The notes under the pieces are model-generated. The model searched no databases and was not told the DNA's origin. It was given only the letters and a program-made list of their open reading frames with translations. A program made the translations under genes and the position numbers. Of a stretch of DNA of 30,508 nt, positions 1 through 8,307 are shown piece by piece. The stretch's first letter is position 1, and the number at the start of each line of letters is the position of its first letter. The stretch comes from a virus (lineage: Duplodnaviria > Heunggongvirae > Uroviricota > Caudoviricetes): IMG/VR virus record IMGVR_UViG_3300023181_000001, positions 1 through 30,508 of that record. One strand, written 5' to 3'.

Positions 1-1
1 A

Positions 2-115
2 AGCATTTATCACAGTAAATACAATAGAGGACTTGTCTATATCCCCACTCTCTGCAAGTATAGGGTATTTTGCCTCTATCTCGGCTATAAATTCGTTTAT
101 TGATATTTCATCCAT
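2..115 (-). CDS. 5' part of a gene running off the window (MDEISINEFIAEIEAKYPILAESGDIDKSSIVFTVINA...), possibly another tail ring protein
   Basis: ATG at 115-113 overlaps the TAA of the upstream gene (TAATG) and the frame is open to the window edge. It is absent from the ORF track. The ring-protein call rests only on the N-terminal helix pattern and the location. Confidence 0.6.
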   Translation of the reverse strand, partial: MDEISINEFIAEIEAKYPILAESGDIDKSSIVFTVINA

Positions 116-582
116 TAAATTTGCATGTATTTGGTGGGTTGCAAGAATTTTATTCTGCCTCTTAAATAGATGATTTGTTTTTGAAATTCATCTGCTTGAT
201 CTAGTTTTTTAAGGTTGGGTATCAATACTTTGTCAGTGAGGTACGTACCTTCAATCCTGAAACTTAAAAGCTCGTTACACAGAGGTATAAAACTTTGCTC
301 ATATTTAAACTTGTCTTTTTTTCTTCTCACTACCGATATTCTTCTACCTCTGGATAAGTATTTTGGAAGGTATAAAAAATAACCTAAATCTTTAAGATAT
401 AAACCACCATCCGATTCCCCATACATTATGTTCATTTCAGTCACTAAAGCCCTTGCAATTATAAGCCATTTTTTAAACTCGTCATAACTTTTATGCGTAA
501 ATCTTTTATTTTTTTTGAAATACTCATAAGATTCTCTTCCTAGCGAGTCTATTTCCTTGAAGAATAAAAATTTGTGATCCAT
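115..582 (-). CDS. Divergent HU/IHF-like DNA-binding protein (crAss-like IHF homologue)
   Basis: Two helices followed by GGLYLKDLGYF, resembling the HU/IHF 'GxxVxLxGFGxF' strand-turn, then a basic arm (RGRRISVVRRKK). crAss-like phages carry IHF homologues in the structural block. Confidence 0.55.
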   Translation of the reverse strand: MDHKFLFFKEIDSLGRESYEYFKKNKRFTHKSYDEFKKWLIIARALVTEMNIMYGESDGGLYLKDLGYFLYLPKYLSRGRRISVVRRKKDKFKYEQSFIPLCNELLSFRIEGTYLTDKVLIPNLKKLDQADEFQKQIIYLRGRIKFLQPTKYMQI

Positions 583-1239
583 CTAATTTCCGTTTATACC
601 GTTTGGATTTTGGTCTTCGGGGGTCTGCTTTCTTAGAAGTATTTTTTGAACTGTTTCGTCTATTACTATTTTTACAAATCTGTCAGGAACTATAAACTCG
701 TAATCCCATCCACTTTTGCACTCATCCCCACAACCGCATTTTTCAGTCTCTAAAGTTATCAAATCTAAAGATAAGTGATATATCTCTTCATCTGGGATAT
801 ATATATGTAAATCGCTGCCAATGTAAACTGTAACATCTGATTTATAGCTATATTTTCTTTTTTTATCGCGCCTTATCTGAGTGTCATAACCAATTGAAAA
901 TTCAAATCCTCCATCAACGCTCCTTATATTCTTAATAGAGCTCCCTAATCGGCTAAAAACAGGTTTAGGAAGAGGTTTTTTAGATTTCATTAAAGTCTCA
1001 CACCGTCTTAAATCTACCAAAGGACAGTTTACTCTGTCACTTCTCTCTAATTCAATACATTCTAGAGTAGTGAACAAGGAAGCTTCTCTGAAAAGTGTTC
1101 TTTCTAAAAGCTTTTGGGCTATCAAGTTTATAGAGGAGGCTCTGCCCATTCTTAAGATGTATCTTCTTGGAGGTACGGAGTCTATATTGTTATCTTTCGC
1201 CTGATTTATAACCAAGTCTACAAATTCAGAATTTTTCAA
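583..1239 (-). CDS. Tail ring / head-tail connector protein (crAss-like ring family)
   Basis: 218 aa with a TTG start. Pattern: N-terminal helices, CIELE..C..C..LMKSKKPLPK, a beta-rich core, then 'F.VPD....VID...Q.IL' C-terminal helix. Located in the tail block. Confidence 0.7.
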   Translation of the reverse strand: MKNSEFVDLVINQAKDNNIDSVPPRRYILRMGRASSINLIAQKLLERTLFREASLFTTLECIELERSDRVNCPLVDLRRCETLMKSKKPLPKPVFSRLGSSIKNIRSVDGGFEFSIGYDTQIRRDKKRKYSYKSDVTVYIGSDLHIYIPDEEIYHLSLDLITLETEKCGCGDECKSGWDYEFIVPDRFVKIVIDETVQKILLRKQTPEDQNPNGINGN

Positions 1240-1259
1240 AATTGTGTTTTTATTATTTG

Positions 1260-1267
1260 CAAATTTA
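1260..1267 (-). promoter_or_regulatory. Bacteroidota sigma-A -7 box (TAAATTTG) upstream of the ring gene; no clear -33 TTTG
   Basis: Minus strand reads TAG-TAAATTTG-CA, 20 nt before the TTG start at 1239 and just downstream of a terminator. Confidence 0.5.
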
Positions 1268-1312
1268 CTAAAGAATTTTGGATTAAAAAAATTGATTAAT
1301 TTATTATTTATT

Positions 1313-1350
1313 AAAAAAGGAGAGCAAAGGTATTATCCCTCACCCTCCTT
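1313..1350 (-). terminator. Intrinsic terminator after the 595-aa tail spike gene
   Basis: Minus strand reads AAGGAGGG-TGAGGGATAATACCTTTG-CTCTCCTT followed by TTTT. The 8-bp stem (one G.U) can extend with wobble pairs. Confidence 0.7.
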
Positions 1351-1374
1351 CCAAGAAAAAAGAAAACAAAATTT

Positions 1375-3162
1375 TTATTCCATTACGGTATCTATTATCC
1401 AACCTGTTGTGGGGGATGCCACTCCTGCGGTATTTATAAATTTTTCCCCTTTTCTGAGTCCTGACGCTACAGCCACAGCCCTGCTTGAAAAAGATCTCAA
1501 ATTTTCAACCACATTTGAGTTAAATATATTATATGTACTATAGTTATTAGCTCCTGTCAGATCTACTTGTGTAAAATCAGGTCTGCCCGATTGAAAAACA
1601 TTGTTAAACATACTACAGTTTGTCCAGAAGACAGAGCCAGATTTTATGATGTTGGTACAATTAAAAAATTCTGTCGTGTTTGAGGATGCTTGCAGGCTAG
1701 GCTGAAGTGCACTTGTATTTTCAAAAAGCGTTAGTACTTTTCCGCGAAGTTTGCAATTATTAAACACTAAAGTAGTAGCTACAGAAGCAGATTGAGATAT
1801 GGGAAACAGCCTGTTTAAAGTTATTGAAAATACAGGTATGATTTCGAGATTTGCCCTTGAAAATATCGCAGAACCACCTACCTGATTGAAAAATTCAGTT
1901 GCAGTTGGTAGAGTGTTGCTACCTTGAATGCTTATTAAGACTTCTTCAAGTATTATCCTGCTATTACCACCTATTCTGTAAATAGACTGTGTATTTGTAC
2001 CTATTATTATTCCTGATACAGTAAACTGATACGCTCCATCATTATTATAGGTATTGGTTGCATTATAATTAGAATCAAAAATTCTGTAGCTATTGGTGTT
2101 GCTGTTCACTACTTGTCTAATGCTACCCATTCCTGATATAGAAATACTCTTACTATTTGCAAAATTATTGGTTGCTGTGGTTGTTCCTGAATTCCTGAAT
2201 CCTGATTTTTGAAGTATGATGGAAGCATCTTCTTTTATTATAATCTTAATTGAAGATGAAGTGTCAGAAAGTGCATCATAATCACATATAAAATCTCCCA
2301 CTGCAGGGTTTGAATCTATAGATGTTGACTCCTCTAATATTATGGTAAGTGAATTGTAATTAAAATTACCTGTAAATGAGTATCCAAGTCCTTTTTGAAT
2401 TACTACTTCTGCTCCTGCAAATTGGGGAGCTATTGCTGTGCCTGTACCTACGAATGCAGTTAGTGCTCCCTGTATCGTTTTAAATGGCTTAGATATGGTA
2501 CCGTCTTCTGTAGGTGCCTGTGAGGCTGAATTCACTATAAATCTAGGTATATCTACAATTGTAGGAGTCTCTATATTTATAGTTCCGTCAGTCTCTGTTA
2601 TTATCAAACTGTCAGAGGCAATTCTTTTTGCGGAGATTGTTATAGTATCTCCTACTTGTGCTACTGCATTTAGAAGGTCTGTTCCTGTGCCCGTATTTAC
2701 AGAATTTATATTTTTAAAATTAAACTGTGTGTTTGTAGACCCTACTGTTGCGTCTCTAAATACGCCTATGCCAGTTGTCCCTGTATTTACTGCACTATAG
2801 GTTCTCTGTGTTACCACAGGTGCTTCGAAGTCTATTATTATAGTATCGGCAGTTTGAACTATGCTTACAGTATCCGACCCTGGAACTAAGGTTCTAAATT
2901 CATAATTGCCTAAATTACTCAAGCCTTTATATAATTCTTCTCCTGCTCCTACATTTGTTATGGATATCGTAGGTACTGGCGGTGTTATACTTAGCTGTGC
3001 GTCTATTAACTCCAAAACTGTTGACAGTACTTCTCCTGTCTCTGTTCCTATATTAGGTAATTCAGGATTCACCGTTATGCAGTCAGTCATTGTTCTGACT
3101 TGGCATTCGTTGCATATATTATCCGAGAAGCATTTTTTGCAATCACAATTACTTTTACACAT
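1375..3162 (-). CDS. Tail fibre/spike with Cys-rich N-terminus, two fibre repeats and a predicted right-handed beta-helix (candidate polysaccharide-binding protein or depolymerase)
   Basis: N-terminal CxxxCxCxxC...CxxC..TxTDCI..LP..G. Two 'N.G.G..(L/V)(Y/F)(K/R)...F(R/K).....I..T..TI.I' repeats. 'FIVNS...EDGTISKPFKTIQGAL' (about 2460-2545) is the typical start motif of pectate-lyase-like beta-helices, followed by Asn/Ser/Ile-rich rungs. Confidence 0.72.
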   Translation of the reverse strand: MCKSNCDCKKCFSDNICNECQVRTMTDCITVNPELPNIGTETGEVLSTVLELIDAQLSITPPVPTISITNVGAGEELYKGLSNLGNYEFRTLVPGSDTVSIVQTADTIIIDFEAPVVTQRTYSAVNTGTTGIGVFRDATVGSTNTQFNFKNINSVNTGTGTDLLNAVAQVGDTITISAKRIASDSLIITETDGTINIETPTIVDIPRFIVNSASQAPTEDGTISKPFKTIQGALTAFVGTGTAIAPQFAGAEVVIQKGLGYSFTGNFNYNSLTIILEESTSIDSNPAVGDFICDYDALSDTSSSIKIIIKEDASIILQKSGFRNSGTTTATNNFANSKSISISGMGSIRQVVNSNTNSYRIFDSNYNATNTYNNDGAYQFTVSGIIIGTNTQSIYRIGGNSRIILEEVLISIQGSNTLPTATEFFNQVGGSAIFSRANLEIIPVFSITLNRLFPISQSASVATTLVFNNCKLRGKVLTLFENTSALQPSLQASSNTTEFFNCTNIIKSGSVFWTNCSMFNNVFQSGRPDFTQVDLTGANNYSTYNIFNSNVVENLRSFSSRAVAVASGLRKGEKFINTAGVASPTTGWIIDTVME

Positions 3163-3165
3163 TTT

Positions 3166-3366
3166 TTAAGCGTTTTCAAGAGCTTGAATTCTTGCTTCAA
3201 GTCCTTGTATTATTATTGATAATTTTATGATAGTTATATCTAGTGGCTCATTTACACCAATTCCTAAAATTGGTACAGCATTTTTTGAAACTACGCATTC
3301 TGTAAATTTCTTTTCTCCTTGACACGAATCCTGTTCTAATTCAATACAATCATTACAATCTGCCAT
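3166..3366 (-). CDS. Small Cys-rich tail-associated protein with C-terminal coiled coil
   Basis: 66 aa. CxxC...C.....FTECV.....P.LG matches the N-terminus of the 595-aa spike, and IQGLEARIQALE is a heptad repeat. Confidence 0.65.
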   Translation of the reverse strand: MADCNDCIELEQDSCQGEKKFTECVVSKNAVPILGIGVNEPLDITIIKLSIIIQGLEARIQALENA

Positions 3367-3368
3367 AA

Positions 3369-3950
3369 TTAAGTTATTGCTGTTATTATTCCGTTTACTA
3401 CTGTAATTGAAACAGGTGTTGTGAAAGTTCCTGAAATTTCAGAATTAGCATAGCTTACTATTTCATTATCAGAATTCAACGCCAGTCCTCTGCTGTACTG
3501 TTGATTAGTTACTGAACTTAGCCTGACCCCCCCTATTATATCTAGGGGGAGTCCATTTTGGAGAGAAAGGGTAGTTATTCCACTAGAATTAGAAGCACTC
3601 AATCTAGAAGATACTGTATCTCCTGCCTGATTTATAAAACTAATCCCGTCATAAACATCCATTCCACCACCTCTGACTTCAATAGGGGCTCCTTGTGAAA
3701 CTATTCCCGAAGTTATAACGTTACCTGACTGTACTACATCTTGAAGAGTAGGGACTTCACTTGAGCCTCCACCTGTTGCATTTATTGTCAGGGGAGATTC
3801 TTCTGTACCTTCTCCTGATAAGGTTATATTATCCCCTGCCTGTATTTTGGAATTTAGCGGATTATCTGAAGTCCTGAATAAAATCTCTTTAATCTTTCTT
3901 AAAAAATCAAACCAGTTTAATTCTTGTATTAGTTGTTTTACTGTTTTCAT
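3369..3950 (-). CDS. Short tail/head fibre protein
   Basis: 193 aa, rich in Gly/Ser/Thr. Carries the fibre motifs AGDNITLSGEGTEESPLTIN, PTLQDVVQSGN and C-terminal ITVVNGIITAI. ATGA-coupled to the upstream gene. Confidence 0.65.
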   Translation of the reverse strand: MKTVKQLIQELNWFDFLRKIKEILFRTSDNPLNSKIQAGDNITLSGEGTEESPLTINATGGGSSEVPTLQDVVQSGNVITSGIVSQGAPIEVRGGGMDVYDGISFINQAGDTVSSRLSASNSSGITTLSLQNGLPLDIIGGVRLSSVTNQQYSRGLALNSDNEIVSYANSEISGTFTTPVSITVVNGIITAIT

Positions 3951-4594
3951 AGTTCTATGAGGAGTTTTCCTCCTATTGTTTTTTCTGTTGTAGCTGATCC
4001 TAATACCGTTACTTTTTTTATTCTTATTCCTGCATTTACTTCAAAACTTGAATTATTTTTCAAATCGAAAGAATGGTTATAACCCCCTCCAAGCAGAAAT
4101 CCGATTTTAGGAGTCTTATCGACTAATACTGTATTTGTAATAGTTTTTTCTTGGACTATCACTTCTCTTTCTTTTATCTTGTAGTCTGCCTTAATATCTT
4201 TAAGTTGTCCTTGTACTGTTGTCCTTACTTTTAACTCTATATTTTTGTCTGAGAAATCAGTTATATTTTCTTTTTCTTGAATTGATTTTATAAATAATAA
4301 GTTCTTTAAGCTGTCTGTTGATTTTAGATATTTTTCTGCCAGATTCTTGTCAAATGGATGAGTCGAGTATATAATCTTATCTTTGTAGATTATTGAGTCT
4401 GTCCCTTTGCTTGGTAATTCTGTACTTGTTTCAGGAATTAATGTTCCGACAACTTCTGGGACTTTTACTTTTACGTCTTTATAAGTAGTGACTGTAGATG
4501 TTTCAGGGTTACAATCTCTCAGTAAAGCTATAACTGTAATGACTAGCAATCCTATGATTATTTCTCTCCAATATGTTTTTAGATTTAAAGTCAT
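3947..4594 (-). CDS. Membrane-anchored lysis protein, candidate spanin
   Basis: Hydrophobic helix at residues 12-25 followed by Cys28 (LLRDC), a soluble middle part and C-terminal amphipathic beta-strands (GFLLGGGYNHSF...FEVNAGIRI...GGKLLIEL). Immediately downstream of, and ATGA-coupled to, the endolysin. Confidence 0.5.
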   Translation of the reverse strand: MTLNLKTYWREIIIGLLVITVIALLRDCNPETSTVTTYKDVKVKVPEVVGTLIPETSTELPSKGTDSIIYKDKIIYSTHPFDKNLAEKYLKSTDSLKNLLFIKSIQEKENITDFSDKNIELKVRTTVQGQLKDIKADYKIKEREVIVQEKTITNTVLVDKTPKIGFLLGGGYNHSFDLKNNSSFEVNAGIRIKKVTVLGSATTEKTIGGKLLIEL

Positions 4595-5148
4595 AAGTTT
4601 ACATATTTATAAGTTACACTATCTATGACTTCTGTAGTATACTGTTTATTTTTTATTTTATCTTGTAATGTTTTCCAAGTATGTCCAAACGTGTATTCAA
4701 AATGAGGTGGGTCTACAATTGATTTAAAATCTCCTCCCCACTTCCAGCCCTGAGATTTAAAATAATTAGTTACTTCCATCCAATCGCTCTTGCCGTTTTT
4801 GTCATTATCTGCTTTTGTATCCCAGCTTGCTGATTCAAAAACCCCATCGTTATTTTTATCTAAAAGTAATACAATATCGAAAGCCAGGGAAAAATTATGT
4901 ATTGATTGCCCTGCTTTGGCATTAGTAACTTTTCCAAGTCTTTTGCCTTTATTGTCAAAAAGTTTTGTTCTCCCTTGTGCGTAAAGTTCCTCCTGTTCCT
5001 CAAAGCTTCTTGTTGTGTATGCAAATCGCAGCCTTACCCCTTTTCCTAATAGTTTCTCGTTAGCATAAGTGTACATTTCTAACGCCTGTTTCCTAACTTT
5101 TGGGTGAAGTGTTGCTATTCTTTTTAATGTGATTTGATCTAGTGCCAT
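4591..5148 (-). CDS. Endolysin, peptidase M15 family (L-Ala-D-Glu peptidase, Ply500/CwlK type)
   Basis: Motifs RS.EEQ..LYAQGRT, VTNAKAGQSIHNFSLAFD (Zn ligands H84, D91) and WGGDF...DPPHFE (D146, H149). Confidence 0.93.
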   Translation of the reverse strand: MALDQITLKRIATLHPKVRKQALEMYTYANEKLLGKGVRLRFAYTTRSFEEQEELYAQGRTKLFDNKGKRLGKVTNAKAGQSIHNFSLAFDIVLLLDKNNDGVFESASWDTKADNDKNGKSDWMEVTNYFKSQGWKWGGDFKSIVDPPHFEYTFGHTWKTLQDKIKNKQYTTEVIDSVTYKYVNL

Positions 5149-5158
5149 TTTTTCTTGT

Positions 5159-5419
5159 TTAATTTTCTGTATTCTCTTCTGTTATATTTGGTACTGATTT
5201 ATTTAAAACCTTTTTGTCTAAAATAGTCCCTCCTGTCAAAGCTATTAGGAATAGTAATAAGGAGTCAAATATCCCAGAGGCGTATGTATTTAGTACTTCT
5301 GCTATAACAATATATATTCCCAAACCTAAAGTAATTAAGAATGTAATTATAATCATTACCGATTTTCTTGAATACTTACCACTTGGTGATTTCAGCAGAT
5401 CGTCTATGAGTTTTTTCAT
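5159..5419 (-). CDS. Holin-like protein (two TM helices)
   Basis: 86 aa with two hydrophobic segments and a charged C-terminal tail, directly upstream of the endolysin. Confidence 0.7.
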   Translation of the reverse strand: MKKLIDDLLKSPSGKYSRKSVMIIITFLITLGLGIYIVIAEVLNTYASGIFDSLLLFLIALTGGTILDKKVLNKSVPNITEENTEN

Positions 5420-5627
5420 CTTTTATTTCTCTTAATATTTTTTGTGTCTGAATTATAGTGTCCTCTACAATAACTGTCTTTTTATATAAATCAGTTTCTT
5501 GCATTGTTTCTTCAAAACTTTTTGATTCTTCTAAACTTATTTTCGCTACTTCAGGGTAAATTTTCTCATTGTTCTTCACTGATAGTACGAGAAAAAATCC
5601 TATAATTAATGCTCCTAATGTCTTCAT
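5376..5627 (-). CDS. Small protein with N-terminal TM/signal helix in the lysis cassette
   Basis: MKTLGALIIGFFLVLSV followed by a charged helical region. TAATG-coupled to the upstream gene. It has no Cys, so it is not a classic o-spanin lipoprotein. Confidence 0.55.
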   Translation of the reverse strand: MKTLGALIIGFFLVLSVKNNEKIYPEVAKISLEESKSFEETMQETDLYKKTVIVEDTIIQTQKILREIKDEKTHRRSAEITKW

Positions 5628-5962
5628 TATTTATTCGGTTTTATTTGTCTTACTTCTCTGTAATTTCTACGGGACTCTTCTTCAAGTTTTTCAAATCTTT
5701 CTCTGAAATACTTTTGAGCATCGTCGATGATTTTAAATTTTTCCTTTTCTTGTTCATTGATTTTATTTTGAAGAGCGTCAATGTTATTATTATATCTAAC
5801 GTCATTATTAGTAATAGCTTCATCTTTACTCTTTATTATTTCATTCTGTTTCCATATAACTACTCCCAAACCTGCCACCACTATTGAAAAAAGTAAAATT
5901 ATTATTTGTCTATTGGTGAGGGTAACAAGCGTCTTTAGAAATTCTAGTGCTTTATCAATCAT
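5627..5962 (-). CDS. Single-TM coiled-coil membrane protein (i-spanin-like or holin/antiholin)
   Basis: TM segment IIILLFSIVVAGLGVVIW followed by a long heptad-rich helix, within the lysis cluster. Confidence 0.6.
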   Translation of the reverse strand: MIDKALEFLKTLVTLTNRQIIILLFSIVVAGLGVVIWKQNEIIKSKDEAITNNDVRYNNNIDALQNKINEQEKEKFKIIDDAQKYFRERFEKLEEESRRNYREVRQIKPNK

Positions 5963-6350
5963 TAGTTTGTGTGCTTGTTATGGTGAAAGAGACTATGAAA
6001 AGAATAAGTATTGCAAAGTAGCACTTGAAATAATCCATATCATTATAGTATCTTGCATATTCAGTTAAAATATTAAGTATTATAACAAAAGAAAAACACC
6101 TTATAACTTCCAATTTCCATTTTTTATAGCCTCCTAAAATAAAGCCTGCTATAGCAAAAAATACCATTATATTGTCTATTATCACAAGCTTGGAATACAG
6201 ATTTATATAATAATTAAAATCAATGAAATTGTATATAGTCAAATATGTGAATGCTAGTATTACGGGTAAATATGCTATTTTACTTATTAGGGAAGCCTGC
6301 TTAATATGTAATTTAAAACTTGTCCTAGATTTGTTACTTCTTCCCCGCAT
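5955..6350 (-). CDS. Multi-pass (about four TM) membrane protein of unknown function
   Basis: Four hydrophobic stretches in 131 aa. It overlaps the upstream gene by 64 nt, so the start is uncertain. Confidence 0.55.
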   Translation of the reverse strand: MRGRSNKSRTSFKLHIKQASLISKIAYLPVILAFTYLTIYNFIDFNYYINLYSKLVIIDNIMVFFAIAGFILGGYKKWKLEVIRCFSFVIILNILTEYARYYNDMDYFKCYFAILILFIVSFTITSTQTND

Positions 6351-6652
6351 GGATCTTCTATTGTTGATACATTAATACATTGTGTTATATCTTTTAAACA
6401 AACATTCTGATTCTGTAAAGCTGTTACTTGCTGTTGAAGTTCTAAAACCTGCGTTTCTAATTCTTCTAATCTTGTTGTTAAATTTTCAGGAATCTCCTCT
6501 TTTATTTCTCCAATAAGTTCATAAATATCCTGGTTAGTATCTTCCAGATTAACACAATCTTTTGTTATTTTTGAAAATTCTGGTAAATCTTCTTCGTATC
6601 TCACGCACTGCGCAAAAGTAACTTCACCACAGGAATTTATATCTTTACACAT
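6287..6652 (-). CDS. Cys-rich tail-associated protein with coiled coil (paralogue of the 66-aa protein and the spike N-terminus)
   Basis: SCGEVTFAQCVRYEEDLP motif, heptads LEELETQVLELQQQVTALQ, and seven Cys residues. Confidence 0.7.
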   Translation of the reverse strand: MCKDINSCGEVTFAQCVRYEEDLPEFSKITKDCVNLEDTNQDIYELIGEIKEEIPENLTTRLEELETQVLELQQQVTALQNQNVCLKDITQCINVSTIEDPCGEEVTNLGQVLNYILSRLP

Positions 6653-6670
6653 GTTTTTAATTTTTAATTA

Positions 6671-6694
6671 CCTCCCAAATTTTACTCTGGGAGG
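6671..6694. terminator. GC-rich intergenic hairpin (CCTCCCA/TGGGAGG), possible terminator or pause site
   Basis: 7-bp perfect stem with a 10-nt loop between two minus-strand genes. The U-tract follows it only on the + strand. Confidence 0.45.
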
Positions 6695-6705
6695 ATTTTT
6701 AGTAG

Positions 6706-6912
6706 TTAAATTCTTTTCTTAGGTTTCTGGGGAAGTGGCAAACCCGACCTTTGCTGTTCAGTAGCTGAAAGGTATATGTCCAAAGCTTCAAAATCATAGG
6801 GGTCGTATTCATCTACTGTTACGCCTAAATCTCTAAGGGCATTAATAGCGTCAGGAATTGCATTTGGATTTGAACCGCTTACAAAATAAGCACTGTCGTG
6901 GAATAATTTCAT
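6706..6912 (-). CDS. Hypothetical protein (68 aa, MKLFHDSAYF...)
   Basis: Start moved from the track ATG (6978, inside the upstream gene) to ATG 6912, which follows the upstream stop and an A-rich tract. Confidence 0.6.
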   Translation of the reverse strand: MKLFHDSAYFVSGSNPNAIPDAINALRDLGVTVDEYDPYDFEALDIYLSATEQQRSGLPLPQKPKKRI

Positions 6913-6931
6913 TTTTGTTTTTATTTGGTTT

Positions 6932-8278
6932 TTAATTAAGTACTTCTTGACCGTTTGTGAAGGTTGTTGACCCTCCACCTGATACCACGCTTCTTAGTCT
7001 GACATAATTTCCTGCTGGAATCATTCCTTGTACGTTGTTCGTAGTTGTTTTTGTGAGTGCCACGGCTACTGCTACTGCGTCTGAATACCCTGCTTGACTT
7101 ATTGTAGTCCAAGTTGAATTATTTGGACTTACTTCTAAAAATACTTGTGAACTTCCTGAAGCTAACAATAATGTCAAAGCTATGGTGTGAGTTACCGTGT
7201 AAGTTACGAAGGCATCTCTTGTTGTAGATATTTGAACCCCCGCTCCATTTATCGTTTTTACCGCTGCATTATTAAAACTTTTACTTGTGCTAGTATAATT
7301 AGGGATATTTAATACTCCTGTACTTGGCACGTAAGTTGCATTTCCTGATGTCCCTGTGGTTGTAAGGCTGATTGCGTTTCTTGCCCCTGTTATATCTACA
7401 GGAGTAATCCCTAAAGATGTTATAACTTGACCTGCTGTTATGTAACTCGCTCCGTTTGTTAACTGGTTGTTATTCGTAGGTATAGTTGGCTTATTTGATA
7501 AATCATTGTAATTCCCTGTAGTGGAAACTGTTGAGAAACTAGGTTTTCCTGTTATACTCGCCCAAGATTGGGCAGGTACATTTGAAATATAAGCATTTGG
7601 ATTAGATGCCAAATAGTATAATGATAGATCGGGCTTGTTTAGAATCTGACTTGCTCCTGAATTACTCAACCAATCTGAGTTCATTTGTAAGGGTGCTCCT
7701 GTTATTTTTGAATATGCTAAGGAATTTATCCACGAAGGATTAGCATAATTTCCTGTAGTAGAGACATTACCTACCTCCCAATCTCTATTAGCTTCTAAGG
7801 TCTGGGTTATACCATTTATAGTAACTGTTCTTACTTCAGGGGCTTTTGTGGCAATTTCAGCTTCCATATTCTCTATAGCGGATGTAGCAGTTGCAACTGT
7901 CATAAAAATATTATCATCCACAGATAATTCATTAGAATTCATTATAATACCTTCCCCCGCAGTAAGTTTATCTTCTAAATCATTATAACTGCCTGTCATA
8001 GCTACATCTGCAAAAACAGGTTTGTTAAGTGTAAAATCCCATTCAGAACTTGTTATATTTTTAATATATCTGCCTGGTTCTTCATCAGGTATTTCATCAG
8101 GTTTCATAACATTTATTCCATTTTCCTCTAGTAGAGAACTGGCGTTATAATACCATGTTTCAAGTGCAACTGGATTTTCCTGATCCATTGTAACAATAGC
8201 TACAGCTTGCCCATTTTGTAGCACATAATCGTGCATGTCATTGATACTCTCAAAATTAAGATAGTCTCTTAAAGCCAT
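6932..8278 (-). CDS. Tail fibre protein
   Basis: Typical fibre repeats F.(D/T)V(A/S).TG.YNDL..K (two copies), SWASITGKPS, SDW...SG...ILNKP and NNNQLTNGASYIT. C-terminal beta-sandwich 'QISTTRDAFVTY...GMIPAGNYVRLR...GQEVL'. Confidence 0.85.
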   Translation of the reverse strand: MALRDYLNFESINDMHDYVLQNGQAVAIVTMDQENPVALETWYYNASSLLEENGINVMKPDEIPDEEPGRYIKNITSSEWDFTLNKPVFADVAMTGSYNDLEDKLTAGEGIIMNSNELSVDDNIFMTVATATSAIENMEAEIATKAPEVRTVTINGITQTLEANRDWEVGNVSTTGNYANPSWINSLAYSKITGAPLQMNSDWLSNSGASQILNKPDLSLYYLASNPNAYISNVPAQSWASITGKPSFSTVSTTGNYNDLSNKPTIPTNNNQLTNGASYITAGQVITSLGITPVDITGARNAISLTTTGTSGNATYVPSTGVLNIPNYTSTSKSFNNAAVKTINGAGVQISTTRDAFVTYTVTHTIALTLLLASGSSQVFLEVSPNNSTWTTISQAGYSDAVAVAVALTKTTTNNVQGMIPAGNYVRLRSVVSGGGSTTFTNGQEVLN

Positions 8279-8307
8279 AGTTAATGCGTTGTGTTTGTTG
8301 TTTATTT

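Noticed and set aside
3529-3549. Hairpin CCCCCTA-N7-TAGGGGG inside the 193-aa fibre gene
   Set aside because: It lies in coding sequence (LPLDIIGG) with no U-tract on the sense strand, and is explainable by Pro/Gly codons.
8264-8278. The 448-aa fibre starts MALRD, similar to the uORF MIALRD
   Set aside because: The codons differ and the match is only four or five residues, so it is treated as coincidence.
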